From Patescibacteria group bacterium (GTDB lineage Bacteria; Patescibacteriota; Doudnabacteria; UBA920), in the NCBI GenBank assembly GCA_023484515.1, contig JAMDAY010000001.1, positions 758 to 64,757 on the forward strand: 64,000 nt of DNA, given 5' to 3'. Positions 10,716 through 20,329 of the stretch are shown here, piece after piece; position 1 is the stretch's first letter; each line of letters opens with the position of its first letter. Made by a program: the position numbers and the translations under genes. The notes below the pieces were generated by a model. It did not search any database. It saw nothing but the letters and a program-made list of their open reading frames with translations, and was not told the origin of the DNA.

Positions 10716-10748
10716 TAAGGAGAGAAAAGCGTTTAATTTTTATTTTCA

Positions 10749-13022
10749 ATGCCAAAAAAATCCCAAAAAATTAATATGCGCCAAACGCGGTGTTATGGGA
10801 AGAGTGAATCAGTTGTATCCACTGCGGACCAGAACATTAGCCGGCCAAACAGCGGCCAAACCCGCCCCATTTGCGCGCGTTTGAGTTTGTCGGAATTATT
10901 GCGAGAGGGTCGCCATGATTTGGGATTGGCGCGGCAACAAATACCGTTAAACCTCATTTTAAAAAAATTTGCCGCTGTGTCACTGGCCTGCGGCTTAATT
11001 GGCTCCTTTTTGCCCGCGGCTTTCCAGCCGACTGTTGCTTTTTACGACGACATAGAAACGTCTTCCGGCAACGCCATTGTCGCCGGCAGCCTGGATTTTT
11101 CTTTGGATTCGCCGGGCTTTGCGTTGTCGGAAATCTCCTTGGAGGCTGCGGCAACGTCAACTGTCTCCATTTTGGACCATAGCAGCCTGCCTTTCCAATA
11201 CAATGTCAGAAGCGAAGTAACCGGCGGCGACAGCGACTTTTGCAACGCGCTTATTTTGTCCGCCAGCTTAAACAACGCGCCGCAAGGCCAGGAACCTCTC
11301 TCGTCTTACGTTTCCCCGGACAACATCTTTTCCACCACCACTCCCACCTGGCAAATCCAGGCCGGTTTTGCCGCCGGAACGCCGGACTTTTTGCAGGACA
11401 AGCAATGCGGCTTTAAAATAATCTATACCGGCTGGCAGGATAATCTTGCTACCAGCACCGAAGGCTTTAGCGACATAGAAGAAACATCTTTTAACTTAAT
11501 CTACCGCACGCCTTTAAAGGTTAAGATTAACAAAGTTTACGCCAATCCCGATGTTGCCCACGGGATTAATACGGATAACGAATGGATAGAGCTTTATAAT
11601 ACAGACTCCGCGCCCGTAAATATTTCCAATTGGACCATAAGCGACAACAGTTCTACCGACACTCTGGCTTCCACCAGCCCGCTAATTATTCCGGCAGGCG
11701 GCTATGCCATTATAACCGACAAACCAAGTACCTGGGATTATTGGGAAATTCCCGGCAACGTGTTAAAGATTGCGCTTAACAGCCCTATTGGGAATGGATT
11801 GAACGATGGCGGCGATCTCCTGATATTGAAAGACAGCGACGGCAAGATTATGGATTGGATGAATTGGGGCGCCGGGACAACCAAGTATGGCGTAACTTTC
11901 TGGAACCCGGGCGTAACCGCTCCGGCAAAGGGTGATTTTCTCGCCCGAGTACCAAGCGGCACAGACACAGATTCGCCAGCTGACTGGCAGGGCTTAAAAG
12001 CGCCTTTTGCAACTTTGGACTATCCGGTTGGCGGGGAAGTGTGGTATGCCGGGCATACCGAAACTTTGCGCTGGACCGCGCATAATCCCAACGGCAGCGA
12101 CGACGAGTTAAAAATAGATTTATATTATTCCCGCGACAGCGGCGCGACTTGGGCAATCATTGTTACCGGCACGCCCAATACCGGAAGCTATGACTGGCGC
12201 ATCCCACTGTTTTTGGAAGACGGCAGCTACTACGTGCCTTCGCATATCTCCCGCATAAAAGTGGTGGCCACGGGCCCGGAAAACTTTATGGTGCAGTCCG
12301 AAGACAGCAGCGAAGATTTCTGCCCGCCCATAGACTATAATATGTTGACCCCGCAGGAGCAGGAACTGGTGGATTGGCTGCTGCAAACGGGCACAATCCC
12401 GGCGAGTGAAGTTATTTACGGCGGCATGCCCCAGGGATTTTCCGGCAGCAGTCTTGTTGATGCTGATCCGGCGAATGAAAATGTATTGAAGGAAGAACAA
12501 TCTACGCTGGAAAATATTGGTAATAATGAATTGCCGGCAACGGATATATTGGAAACGTCTAATGCGACGGAGCAGGCAGGCGAACCGCAGCCAGCGGAAG
12601 ATCTTGGCGAGGGCGAAGATGAATTATTGGCGCCAGACGGAAATGTTCAGCCAGCCGCAGATTTTCAAACTGGCCCTGCCAAAGATATAACTATGGAATC
12701 CCCAGAATCCCAAGAGCAGCCGGAACAGGCTACGGCAAAATCCGAAGCCATCCCGATTCCAGACCAGCCTGGCGCTGAAGACCAAAATATTCCTAACGGG
12801 CCGTCCGGCAATCCTGACGCTGTTTTGCCAAATCCCGAACAAGATCCGGCGCCGGAAATTCCTGTTTTAGAGCCGCAAACGGCCGCCCCAGAACCGGAAG
12901 CCGGCGCACCGAAAGAAAGTTCTCCTGCGGAAACCGTAACCCCTCCGGCTCCTTTGCCGGAAAGCCTGCCCCCGGAACCCGCTCCCGCAGCCGATCCCGT
13001 TGCCGCGGCAGAGGGGGAATAA
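10749..13022 (+). CDS. SipW-class secreted protein: TasA-like N-domain, lamin-tail domain, Ig-like domain, acidic Pro/Glu tail (start uncertain)
   Basis: TVAFYDDIETSSGNAIVAGSLDF; INKVYANP...EWIELYN...ISNWTISD...LNDGGD. Confidence 0.8.
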   Translation: MPKKSQKINMRQTRCYGKSESVVSTADQNISRPNSGQTRPICARLSLSELLREGRHDLGLARQQIPLNLILKKFAAVSLACGLIGSFLPAAFQPTVAFYDDIETSSGNAIVAGSLDFSLDSPGFALSEISLEAAATSTVSILDHSSLPFQYNVRSEVTGGDSDFCNALILSASLNNAPQGQEPLSSYVSPDNIFSTTTPTWQIQAGFAAGTPDFLQDKQCGFKIIYTGWQDNLATSTEGFSDIEETSFNLIYRTPLKVKINKVYANPDVAHGINTDNEWIELYNTDSAPVNISNWTISDNSSTDTLASTSPLIIPAGGYAIITDKPSTWDYWEIPGNVLKIALNSPIGNGLNDGGDLLILKDSDGKIMDWMNWGAGTTKYGVTFWNPGVTAPAKGDFLARVPSGTDTDSPADWQGLKAPFATLDYPVGGEVWYAGHTETLRWTAHNPNGSDDELKIDLYYSRDSGATWAIIVTGTPNTGSYDWRIPLFLEDGSYYVPSHISRIKVVATGPENFMVQSEDSSEDFCPPIDYNMLTPQEQELVDWLLQTGTIPASEVIYGGMPQGFSGSSLVDADPANENVLKEEQSTLENIGNNELPATDILETSNATEQAGEPQPAEDLGEGEDELLAPDGNVQPAADFQTGPAKDITMESPESQEQPEQATAKSEAIPIPDQPGAEDQNIPNGPSGNPDAVLPNPEQDPAPEIPVLEPQTAAPEPEAGAPKESSPAETVTPPAPLPESLPPEPAPAADPVAAAEGE

Positions 13023-13073
13023 TAGGATTTGCCCTATTTTTTAACAATCTAAAATCTTTATTTCTTCAAGATT

Positions 13074-14405
13074 GTGGCTATAAAAAAAATCTTGCAAAAA
13101 ATATTTTGGTTTTCCCCGGCAATGTTGACACTGGCTTTATGGCCGTCTTTGGTAATGGCAATCTCCCCCGGCTTGACTGTGGAATTTCAAAATTCCCCTT
13201 TACCGTTATTTTCCCAAACCAACTTTATGCCCGGGGAAAGCGCAGTGGCCTGGTTTAAGGTGGTCAACAATACTGCGCAAGGCCAGGACATTGCCGTGGA
13301 GGCAGTGGATTATCCGGGTTACGCCTTTGGCCAGCCCCGGCCGCACGACATAGCGGCCAACGACTTGTCCCGCGCCTTGTTCGTGGTTATTAGCGAACAA
13401 AACGGCGCGGATTTATACGGCGGCGCTGCCGGACAAAAAACCTTGTACGACTTTTACCAGGCCGGAGAAGTTGTTATTGCCAATCTGGACGGAGGCAGCA
13501 GCCAAACCTACGAAATAGAAATAAGCTTTCCCCTGGAAAAAAATAACGGCTGGCAAGAAAAAACCACTAGTTTTAAATTGGCAGCCGGCTTTGCAGGCAC
13601 AGAGGATCAAATAGATTCCGGCGGCGGCACGGTATCTACCTTTAGCGGCGGCGGGATAATCCAGGCGTGCTCAATTACCGAATCTGCCATTCAAGTTAGC
13701 AATGTAGGTACGGGCAGCGCCACAGTTTCCTGGACCACTTCCCAGGCAACCGATGGCAGCGTTATATATGCCGCAGCCAGCGAGAATTATAATTTTGACT
13801 TATCATTGCCTCCAAAATACGGATATGCCTATTCCATTTCGGAAAATTTGCAAACCGCAAGCCATTCGCTTGTTTTAAGCGGTTTGCTGCCCGGCACGGC
13901 CTATTATTTTCGGGTTTCTTCCTGCGCCGGCCAGGCGTTAAGTTTGGAGCATGAATTCGCGACGGGCGCCGTGGCAGGGGACAGTGCGGCCAATATTTTG
14001 GAAAAAGATTATTTGCCCCCACTTGAAACAAATAGTTCCAGCCGGCCTCCCAAAACATCCGGCGGCCAGGGGGAAGTTTTAGGCGAAAGTACCGCCACAC
14101 CGGCAAATTTAACCGCGCTTTTGGGCGAGAGTGCCGGAATTTGCAAGCCTGCAAATTGGCGGCAATTGGGATACGCAGCGTTGGCGGTATTATTAGTTTT
14201 AGGGTTCTTAATATTCAGGCGTAAAAATTCGTTTTACCAAACGCTGTTTGCGGCGGGGTTATTTCTGGCCGCAATTATTTGGTGGTGGTTCCAGCCGTGC
14301 GCGAGCCGCAGCTGGCACATTCCCGCAATATCTTTCTTGATAATTCTGCTGGTTTGGCCGTTTTTTATTGCGACTAAGGAAATCCCCAAAACCGGCAACC
14401 AATAA
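13074..14405 (+). CDS. Secreted TasA-like plus Fn3 protein with C-terminal membrane anchor
   Basis: Signal peptide; LFSQTNFMPGE...VVN...FPLEKNNGWQ; Fn3 VSWTT...H...LSGLLPGTAYYFRV; three C-terminal TM helices. Confidence 0.7.
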   Translation: MAIKKILQKIFWFSPAMLTLALWPSLVMAISPGLTVEFQNSPLPLFSQTNFMPGESAVAWFKVVNNTAQGQDIAVEAVDYPGYAFGQPRPHDIAANDLSRALFVVISEQNGADLYGGAAGQKTLYDFYQAGEVVIANLDGGSSQTYEIEISFPLEKNNGWQEKTTSFKLAAGFAGTEDQIDSGGGTVSTFSGGGIIQACSITESAIQVSNVGTGSATVSWTTSQATDGSVIYAAASENYNFDLSLPPKYGYAYSISENLQTASHSLVLSGLLPGTAYYFRVSSCAGQALSLEHEFATGAVAGDSAANILEKDYLPPLETNSSSRPPKTSGGQGEVLGESTATPANLTALLGESAGICKPANWRQLGYAALAVLLVLGFLIFRRKNSFYQTLFAAGLFLAAIIWWWFQPCASRSWHIPAISFLIILLVWPFFIATKEIPKTGNQ

Positions 14406-14504
14406 AGTTCCCTTGTTTAAAATTGCCTGGGATTTTTTCGCATTGGCAGAAATTCCCGGCTATGGCTAAGGAAAAATATGCTATAATTATTGCAGTTTAA
14501 AACT

Positions 14505-15839
14505 ATGTCCGTAAAGACTAAAAAAGCCGCTTTCTCTTTTTTAATTATTGCCAACCTGGCCATAATTATCTTTTTTTGGGGATGTTACTCAGGTCCGTGG
14601 TTTAGTATGGGCCGGGGAGACCCTTATATAGCCTTAGGCCGGTTGGCGGGGCTGCTGGCGGTATTTCTTGTCTTGCTGCAACTGTTGTTTATGAGCCGCG
14701 TGCGCTTTATGGAATCGGCTTTCGGTTTGGACAAGCTTTCCCTGCTGCATCATTATAACGGAGAAATTTTTACGATTTTTGTGATTGCTCATCCCGTATT
14801 TTTAACCGTTGGTTACGCCTTAAACGACAGGCTTACATTTTTTAGCCAGCTTTGGGATCTTGTCTTGCATTACGAAGACGTTTCCAGTGCGGCCATAGGG
14901 TTGGTTTTGCTCGTTTTTATTGCCGCATATTCAGTCATTTTTGTTTTCCGCCATTGGAATTATGAATGGTGGTATCGCACGCATTTACTGGCCTACCTTG
15001 CCGTATTATTGGCTTTTGGCCATCAGACCGGCCTGGGCGGGGATTTTGTCGGGCATCCGTTTTTTTCCGGATATTGGATATTACTCTACGCCGCGGTTTT
15101 TGCCGGTTTGTTGCTTTATAGGTTTATGCGCCCTGTTTGGTATTTTTACAAGTATGGTTTTTATGTCAAAGAGGTCAAGCCGGAAAGCGAAAATGTGACT
15201 TCCGTTTATATAGGCGGCAAGAATTTGGACAAGTTTAAGGTTTTAGCCGGGCAGTTTATGATCTTCAGGTTTTTGGGCAAGGGGTGGTGGCAGCAGGCGC
15301 ATCCTTTTTCCCTGTCTATGTATCCCGGCCAAGACTTGCTGCGGATATCCGTCAAAAATGTCGGGGATTATACTTCCCATATTAAAAATTTAAAGCCCGG
15401 GACCAAAGTGTTGATAGACGGGCCTTATGGGATTTTTACGCGCAAGGTTTTGTCGGGGGAGAAAATTTTGTTTATTGCAGGCGGCATTGGCATTACGCCC
15501 ATCCGTTCCTTAATTGAGCAGTTCGGCAAGGAAGGCAAAAATATGGTTTTGTTGTATGCCAACCGGACCGAGCAAGACATTACTTTTAAACGAGAGCTGC
15601 GTGATTTGACCCAACAATACCGGCTGGCAGTTAACCATATACTAAGCCGCCAGCAGGACTGGGCAGGGGAGAAAGGAAGGATTGACGAAGAAAAGATAAA
15701 AAAACTGGCGCCGGATTTTTTGCAGCGGGAAGTTTATTTGTGCGGACCGTTGCCAATGACCAAAGATGTAGTAAAAATATTAATTGATCTTGGCATGAAC
15801 CGTTCAAAGATTCATTTTGAAAATTTTTCTCTGCAATAA
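14505..15839 (+). CDS. Ferric reductase-like TM domain fused to FAD/NAD-binding ferredoxin reductase
   Basis: Heme-ligand His in TM helices; HPFSL, DGPYG, IAGGIGITP, YLCGP, HFENF. Confidence 0.9.
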   Translation: MSVKTKKAAFSFLIIANLAIIIFFWGCYSGPWFSMGRGDPYIALGRLAGLLAVFLVLLQLLFMSRVRFMESAFGLDKLSLLHHYNGEIFTIFVIAHPVFLTVGYALNDRLTFFSQLWDLVLHYEDVSSAAIGLVLLVFIAAYSVIFVFRHWNYEWWYRTHLLAYLAVLLAFGHQTGLGGDFVGHPFFSGYWILLYAAVFAGLLLYRFMRPVWYFYKYGFYVKEVKPESENVTSVYIGGKNLDKFKVLAGQFMIFRFLGKGWWQQAHPFSLSMYPGQDLLRISVKNVGDYTSHIKNLKPGTKVLIDGPYGIFTRKVLSGEKILFIAGGIGITPIRSLIEQFGKEGKNMVLLYANRTEQDITFKRELRDLTQQYRLAVNHILSRQQDWAGEKGRIDEEKIKKLAPDFLQREVYLCGPLPMTKDVVKILIDLGMNRSKIHFENFSLQ

Positions 15840-15862
15840 AATTACAATTAATCATCAAAAAT

Positions 15863-16261
15863 ATGAATGGATACACCATAAACGTGGAAGAAGCCTCTAT
15901 AAAGAATAATTATTTCCGCAAAGTGCTTTATACGGCCAAAAACAGCCAGTTGGTGCTAATGAGTCTTAAGCCGGGGGAAGACATTGGCGAAGAAGTGCAC
16001 GGCTTGGACCAATTTTTGCGCGTGGAGGCCGGGTCAGGAAAGGCAGTGTTAAACGGTCAAGAAACCGAAATAGGGGACGGTTGGGCAGTGGTGGTGCCGG
16101 CCGGCACGCGCCACAACATAATTAACACTTCCGAAACCGAACCCATGAAATTATATACGCTGTATTCCCCGCCCAACCATCGCGACGGCGTAGTGCACGA
16201 AACCAAAGAGCAGGCTGAAAAAGACGAAGAAGAGCACTTCGACGGCAATACGACCGAATAG
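15863..16261 (+). CDS. Cupin domain protein
   Basis: QLVLMSL.PGEDIGEEVH, DQF, PAGTRHN, LYTLYSPPNH. Confidence 0.9.
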   Translation: MNGYTINVEEASIKNNYFRKVLYTAKNSQLVLMSLKPGEDIGEEVHGLDQFLRVEAGSGKAVLNGQETEIGDGWAVVVPAGTRHNIINTSETEPMKLYTLYSPPNHRDGVVHETKEQAEKDEEEHFDGNTTE

Positions 16262-16272
16262 GCATTATTGGA

Positions 16273-16312
16273 CAAAACGAACGCCTCAACACGTGTTGAG
16301 GCGTTCGTTTTG
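16273..16312. terminator. 40-bp perfect palindrome, probable bidirectional terminator
   Basis: caaaacgaacgcctcaacac|gtgttgaggcgttcgttttg, between the cupin gene and the tRNA 3' fragment. Confidence 0.7.
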
Positions 16313-16331
16313 GGGCGGCTATTATCGGGGA
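16309..16331 (-). repeat. Displaced 3' fragment of tRNA-His (att-like)
   Basis: tttggggcggctat is identical to 17441-17454, followed by a duplicated tat and cggg. Confidence 0.7.
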
Positions 16332-16416
16332 CTGGGCAATGAATTTTTTTTGAGGGAATACCTATTTTGACGTTTAGGTTAAATTGTGAGAAAATTAAAG
16401 TGTAATAATATTTGGA

Positions 16417-16926
16417 ATGATGAATTTAAAAGATAAAAATTTTGCATTTATTGACAGTCAGAACCTGAACCTAGCCATTAAGACGCAAGGTTGGAATTTG
16501 GATTTTAAAAGATTCAGAATTTATCTAAAGGAAAAGTACGGCGTATCTGAAGCTTATTTGTTTATAGGATTTATGGCTGGCAACCAGCAACTTTATACAA
16601 ATTTGCAGCAAGCCGGATATATTGTAATTTTTAAACCAACTTTGGAAATCAAAAAAGGAAATGAGGTTGTTGTGAAAGGTAACGTGGATGCGGAATTAGT
16701 TTTGCATGCCATGATTCAATATAACAATTACGATAAAGCGGTTATTGTTACTGGGGACGGGGATTTTTATTGTTTGGTGGATTATTTAAACAAACAGAAT
16801 AAATTGTTGAGATTGCTGGTCCCGAATGCCCAAAAGTATTCAAAGCTATTGAAATCTTTTGCTCCTAACAAGTTGGATTTTATGAATAATTTACGGAATA
16901 AACTGGAATATAAAAAACCGGCTTAA
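16417..16926 (+). CDS. NYN (LabA/DUF88, PIN-fold) ribonuclease
   Basis: AFIDSQNL, KGNVDAELV, VTGDGDF. Confidence 0.9.
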   Translation: MMNLKDKNFAFIDSQNLNLAIKTQGWNLDFKRFRIYLKEKYGVSEAYLFIGFMAGNQQLYTNLQQAGYIVIFKPTLEIKKGNEVVVKGNVDAELVLHAMIQYNNYDKAVIVTGDGDFYCLVDYLNKQNKLLRLLVPNAQKYSKLLKSFAPNKLDFMNNLRNKLEYKKPA

Positions 16927-17442
16927 ATGCCGGAAAATTATAAAGGGAGCCAATTACATAAGGACGAAACCTTATAAACCTGCTCCCATCGTGATGAATA
17001 TATTATAGGACGGTTTGTAGGGTGTGTCAATACGTTTACTTTATACAAAAAACAAGGCTTTAGGCCTTGCTTTTTTGGTCTGGAAATTTGACTGTAGTAT
17101 AGGCGGGGGGTTGCGGGTTGCCTATTACCCCTATGGTTGAGCCAGAGACGGCGGTTACGGTAACAGACCATCCCATTCTATAAGACCCTTCGTCGGGGAG
17201 GTCATCAACTGTCTTTGTATGAATTTTGTTATTCAAATTTAAATCGGAAAAAGCTACTTCAAAAGGGTATGGTCGTATTGGCGGGTAGATAAATATTTTT
17301 GGTTAAAGATTTTTTGTAAATGGTAAGGAAGCTGGTGTTCCTATTAAAACCATAATAAATAAAAGATTCGCCAGTTCAGGGAATGCCAATAATATTACTT
17401 TAAATTTTAAGCGTCGTGTAATTTTTGCCACAAATTGAACTT

Positions 17443-17518
17443 TGGGGCGGCTATCGGGAGTCGGACCCGAGTTCTCGCTGCCACAGAGCGATGTAATAAC
17501 CGTTATACCATAGCCGCC
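17443..17518 (-). tRNA. tRNA-His(GTG)
   Basis: G-1, acceptor GCGGCTA/TAGCCGC, C73, encoded CCA, anticodon arm TCGCT-CTGTGGC-AGCGA. Confidence 0.95.
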
Positions 17519-17760
17519 ATATTTGCTAACAATCCAACTTCGCTAAAGCTACGTCGGACAAAAGAAAAACTCTTGCACAGATTTCGTGAAGAGCTTGGGA
17601 TAATGTTAGCTGTGCCTAACATTTGTCTGTTGCCTGTCCGCCGAAGTTTTAACGTAGGCGGATGCCAAGTAAAGATAATATATCATTTTAAGGGGTTTTG
17701 GTCAAATTCATAGCAAGGCAAAATTAAAATAGCTCCATCAAAGGGTTGGTTAGTAGGCAA

Positions 17761-17856
17761 TTATAGATACTTCTTCATTAAAAAGTAAATGAGTAATCCA
17801 ATTAATATTATGGCGAACACTATTCCTCTTGCCAGAAAAAAGTTTCGTATTTTCAT
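17761..17856 (-). CDS. Possible 31-aa single-TM peptide
   Basis: MKIRNFFLARGIVFAIILIGLLIYFLMKKYL; TGcTATAAT upstream; below the ORF-track cutoff. Confidence 0.4.
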   Translation of the reverse strand: MKIRNFFLARGIVFAIILIGLLIYFLMKKYL

Positions 17857-17935
17857 AAGAGAATGGACATCTTTATGCCATAATTATAGCATAAAATTAT
17901 CGGTTAGGTGATTGAGGGGTCAAATATATTTTGAT

Positions 17936-18139
17936 TTATTTTTTATATTCCAAAATATCTCCAGGCTGGCACTGAAGCGCTTTGCAAATCGCCTCCAAGG
18001 TGGAGAGGCGGATGGCTCTTGCTTTGCCGTTTTTTAAGATGGAAATGTTGGCCATAGTAATGCCGACCTTTTCGGCGAGCTCCGTAACGCTCATTTTCCG
18101 CTTGGCCAACAAAACGTCGATGTTGATTACAATAGCCAT
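17936..18139 (-). CDS. Xre/YozG-like HTH regulator
   Basis: MSVTELAEKVGITMANISILKNGKA...CQPGDILEY; typical partner of DUF2975. Confidence 0.9.
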   Translation of the reverse strand: MAIVINIDVLLAKRKMSVTELAEKVGITMANISILKNGKARAIRLSTLEAICKALQCQPGDILEYKK

Positions 18140-18140
18140 A

Positions 18141-18605
18141 TTATACGGTTAAATCATTTTCCTTCTTTATCTCTAAGGCATCCCCAAGAAGCCTTTGCAG
18201 CACAGCGGCAAAAACCGCTACAACAAAAGACGCAAAAATAATCACCAGACCTATTGCCACCACTCCTGGCGCATCGTCATCTTGCGCTACGGAAAAGATA
18301 TACGGCATACCGGCAGCGTAAAGTGCGCTGATAACAAAGGCGCAGTATTTTATAATTTTTAGTACATCAATAGACAAGTGGGAAAAAGCCTTGTTTTGGT
18401 CAATCAGATTCAGGAGTTTGTAAGCCTGGTATAGCCCAAAGTAAAAGGGTATTGCCGGTATATACATACCAAGCAAAATATAGCGATACCGGCCAGCGTT
18501 CTCTGCCATAATCCCGGCAGGTAATGCAAAGACGCACAAAGCGAGCACTGCCAGTCCGATAGTGAAGACTGCGAACTTTAAGAATAAGGTTGAGCTTTTT
18601 TTCAT
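18141..18605 (-). CDS. DUF2975 membrane protein
   Basis: 4 TM; AFS, IKYCA, DDAPG, ENDLTV C-terminus. Confidence 0.9.
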   Translation of the reverse strand: MKKSSTLFLKFAVFTIGLAVLALCVFALPAGIMAENAGRYRYILLGMYIPAIPFYFGLYQAYKLLNLIDQNKAFSHLSIDVLKIIKYCAFVISALYAAGMPYIFSVAQDDDAPGVVAIGLVIIFASFVVAVFAAVLQRLLGDALEIKKENDLTV

Positions 18606-18623
18606 AGCTAAAGTTTAAGGCGG

Positions 18624-19097
18624 TTAATTCGTTTTAAATTTTATATTTACGGTATTTTGTAAAGTTCGTTCAAACACGGCCGCTACTGCGGCGATTATAG
18701 CAGAGCCAAAAATCATAAAAAGTCCCAAAGCGGCTCCGCCCGCAATATCGTCTTTGCCCCGTATAGCTATAAACAGGTAACCTTCTGCCCCTAGAATTAA
18801 AACGACCAGGGTTAGTGCGCAGTATTTTATGGTCCGTAGAGCTTTTATGGCAGTTGGTGAGTATGTCTTATTTTGCCTAACATATTCCAATACCTTGAAT
18901 GTTTGGTAGAGTGCTATAAAAAACGCTAATGAAGATACATACGCATACGCCAAAAAAGGGTCTTTGAAGTAAATTTCAAAAAACGTGGAGTGCGCATTTC
19001 TACCTTCAAGGTGCGGTTCCCAAAGCATTGCGGTTAGAACGACGATACCCAAGGCCACAATCACTATCTGGAGAAAAATTGTTAGATTTAGTTTCAT
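18624..19097 (-). CDS. DUF2975 membrane protein (second subtype)
   Basis: WEPHLEGRN, DPFLAYAY, IKYCA, DDIAGG. Confidence 0.85.
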   Translation of the reverse strand: MKLNLTIFLQIVIVALGIVVLTAMLWEPHLEGRNAHSTFFEIYFKDPFLAYAYVSSLAFFIALYQTFKVLEYVRQNKTYSPTAIKALRTIKYCALTLVVLILGAEGYLFIAIRGKDDIAGGAALGLFMIFGSAIIAAVAAVFERTLQNTVNIKFKTN

Positions 19098-19246
19098 AAG
19101 TGATTTTATAGATTGTTTATATATTTATCTTAAATGAGTATTTATCGTTTGTCAATATATGTTTATCGTTATTCGTATATATTACAATAAAAACTGCCTT
19201 TTAAGCAGTTTGCAACAGTTGGAGGTACTTATTACACTCCAATGAT

Positions 19247-19311
19247 TTGATTTTCTTCCAGAGTTGTACCGAAACTTGGGGTAAGTGATTGGTTGAGAGG
19301 AGTCGGATCCG
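19247..19311. repeat. att-like junction motif M1
   Basis: GATTT-n2-TTCCAGAG-n16-GGTAAGTGATTGGTT-n4-GGA, fused to the tRNA T-arm. Confidence 0.75.
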
Positions 19312-19360
19312 AGTTCTCGCTGCCACAGAGCGATGTAATAACCGTTATATCATAGCCGCC
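19299..19360 (-). pseudogene. 5' fragment of tRNA-His lacking the 3' acceptor strand and CCA
   Basis: 60/62 identical to 17457-17518; upstream flank to about 19440 also resembles 17519-17597. Confidence 0.9.
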
Positions 19361-19709
19361 ATATTTTGTTATCCGACTTCGCCGAGAGGCTATATCGGGC
19401 TAAAGAAAAACTCCCGCACAGAAATGTTTAGGAGCTTACCGTTTTGCCTGCTGTGCCAGACAAACCAATTTATTCAAATTGTATTGGTATTATAGCGGAT
19501 TTAACCCTTCCCGTCAATGCTCTTTTTTGCTATTTAGACAAATATTTTTCCTTTTCGTAGTAGCGGAGACGGCAAGAAACGTATTTCTCTTATAGTACTA
19601 AGTTCCATCGCTCATTAGCCGTCAATCCGTGTTTGCACCTCAAAGAAGCGTCTTTTATTCGCTTATTCGTAACTTTCCTGCCTAGAGTCCGGGTGGGGGA
19701 ATGGAAGAC

Positions 19710-19761
19710 TTGACAATTATGTTAGAATAATATAACATTAGAATAGTTAGAAATAATTAAC
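19710..19761 (+). promoter_or_regulatory. Sigma70 promoter with two GTTA-n8-TAAC operator boxes
   Basis: TTGACA-17-TAACAT; gttagaataatataac at 19721 and gttagaaataattaac at 19746. Confidence 0.6.
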
Positions 19762-19776
19762 TAAAGATATAAAAAT

Positions 19777-20154
19777 ATGACGTATAAGAGATTTAGAACG
19801 ATAAAAATAATCACGGGTTTTATCGTGGGTGTTATTACAGCTCAGGCGATAATATTTGATAACTATTTTCTGGCTGTTGTAGCGGTTTTTTCCGCTTTGG
19901 CGGTTATAGGTTCTATGAAGAAGAAGGTTGTTGAAGTGATAAATGACGAACGAGATTATGCAATAGCAGGAAATGCCGCAAGGCTTAGCTTGAGCCTGTT
20001 TTCCTTGGTTGGTGCGCTTCTGGCGTTCGCATTCATGTCTTTAAGAAATGTGAATTCAGATTTTATGCTCATTGGGTCAACGTTAGCTTATTCTGTTTGC
20101 GCATTGTTAATATTTCATAGAGCCACTTCGGCAATTTATGGAAAACAGAATTAA
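19777..20154 (+). CDS. DUF2178-like membrane protein
   Basis: 4 TM with NDERD...IAGNAA; coupled to an Xre gene. Confidence 0.75.
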   Translation: MTYKRFRTIKIITGFIVGVITAQAIIFDNYFLAVVAVFSALAVIGSMKKKVVEVINDERDYAIAGNAARLSLSLFSLVGALLAFAFMSLRNVNSDFMLIGSTLAYSVCALLIFHRATSAIYGKQN

Positions 20155-20329
20155 AGAATTTAGGTTAAAGCATAATTTAACGCAGGAAGAACTGGCAAAA
20201 AAAGCCGGCGTAAGGCGTGAGACTATTGTGTTTCTTGAACAGGGGAAATACAATCCTTCCTTAAAATTAGCCAGCGATGTGGCTAAAATCCTGAAAACAT
20301 CTGTTGATAAGTTGTTCCTTTTAGGATAG
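20138..20329 (+). CDS. Xre-family HTH regulator
   Basis: [32 protein letters not shown]. Confidence 0.9.
   Translation: MENRIKEFRLKHNLTQEELAKKAGVRRETIVFLEQGKYNPSLKLASDVAKILKTSVDKLFLLG

Noticed and set aside
16955-16980. Hammerhead ribozyme suggested by ggacgaaac
   Set aside because: No CUGAnGA core in the required position.
17435-17713. ORFs 17435-17713, 19289-19495 and 57190-57378
   Set aside because: Antisense translations of tRNA sequences.
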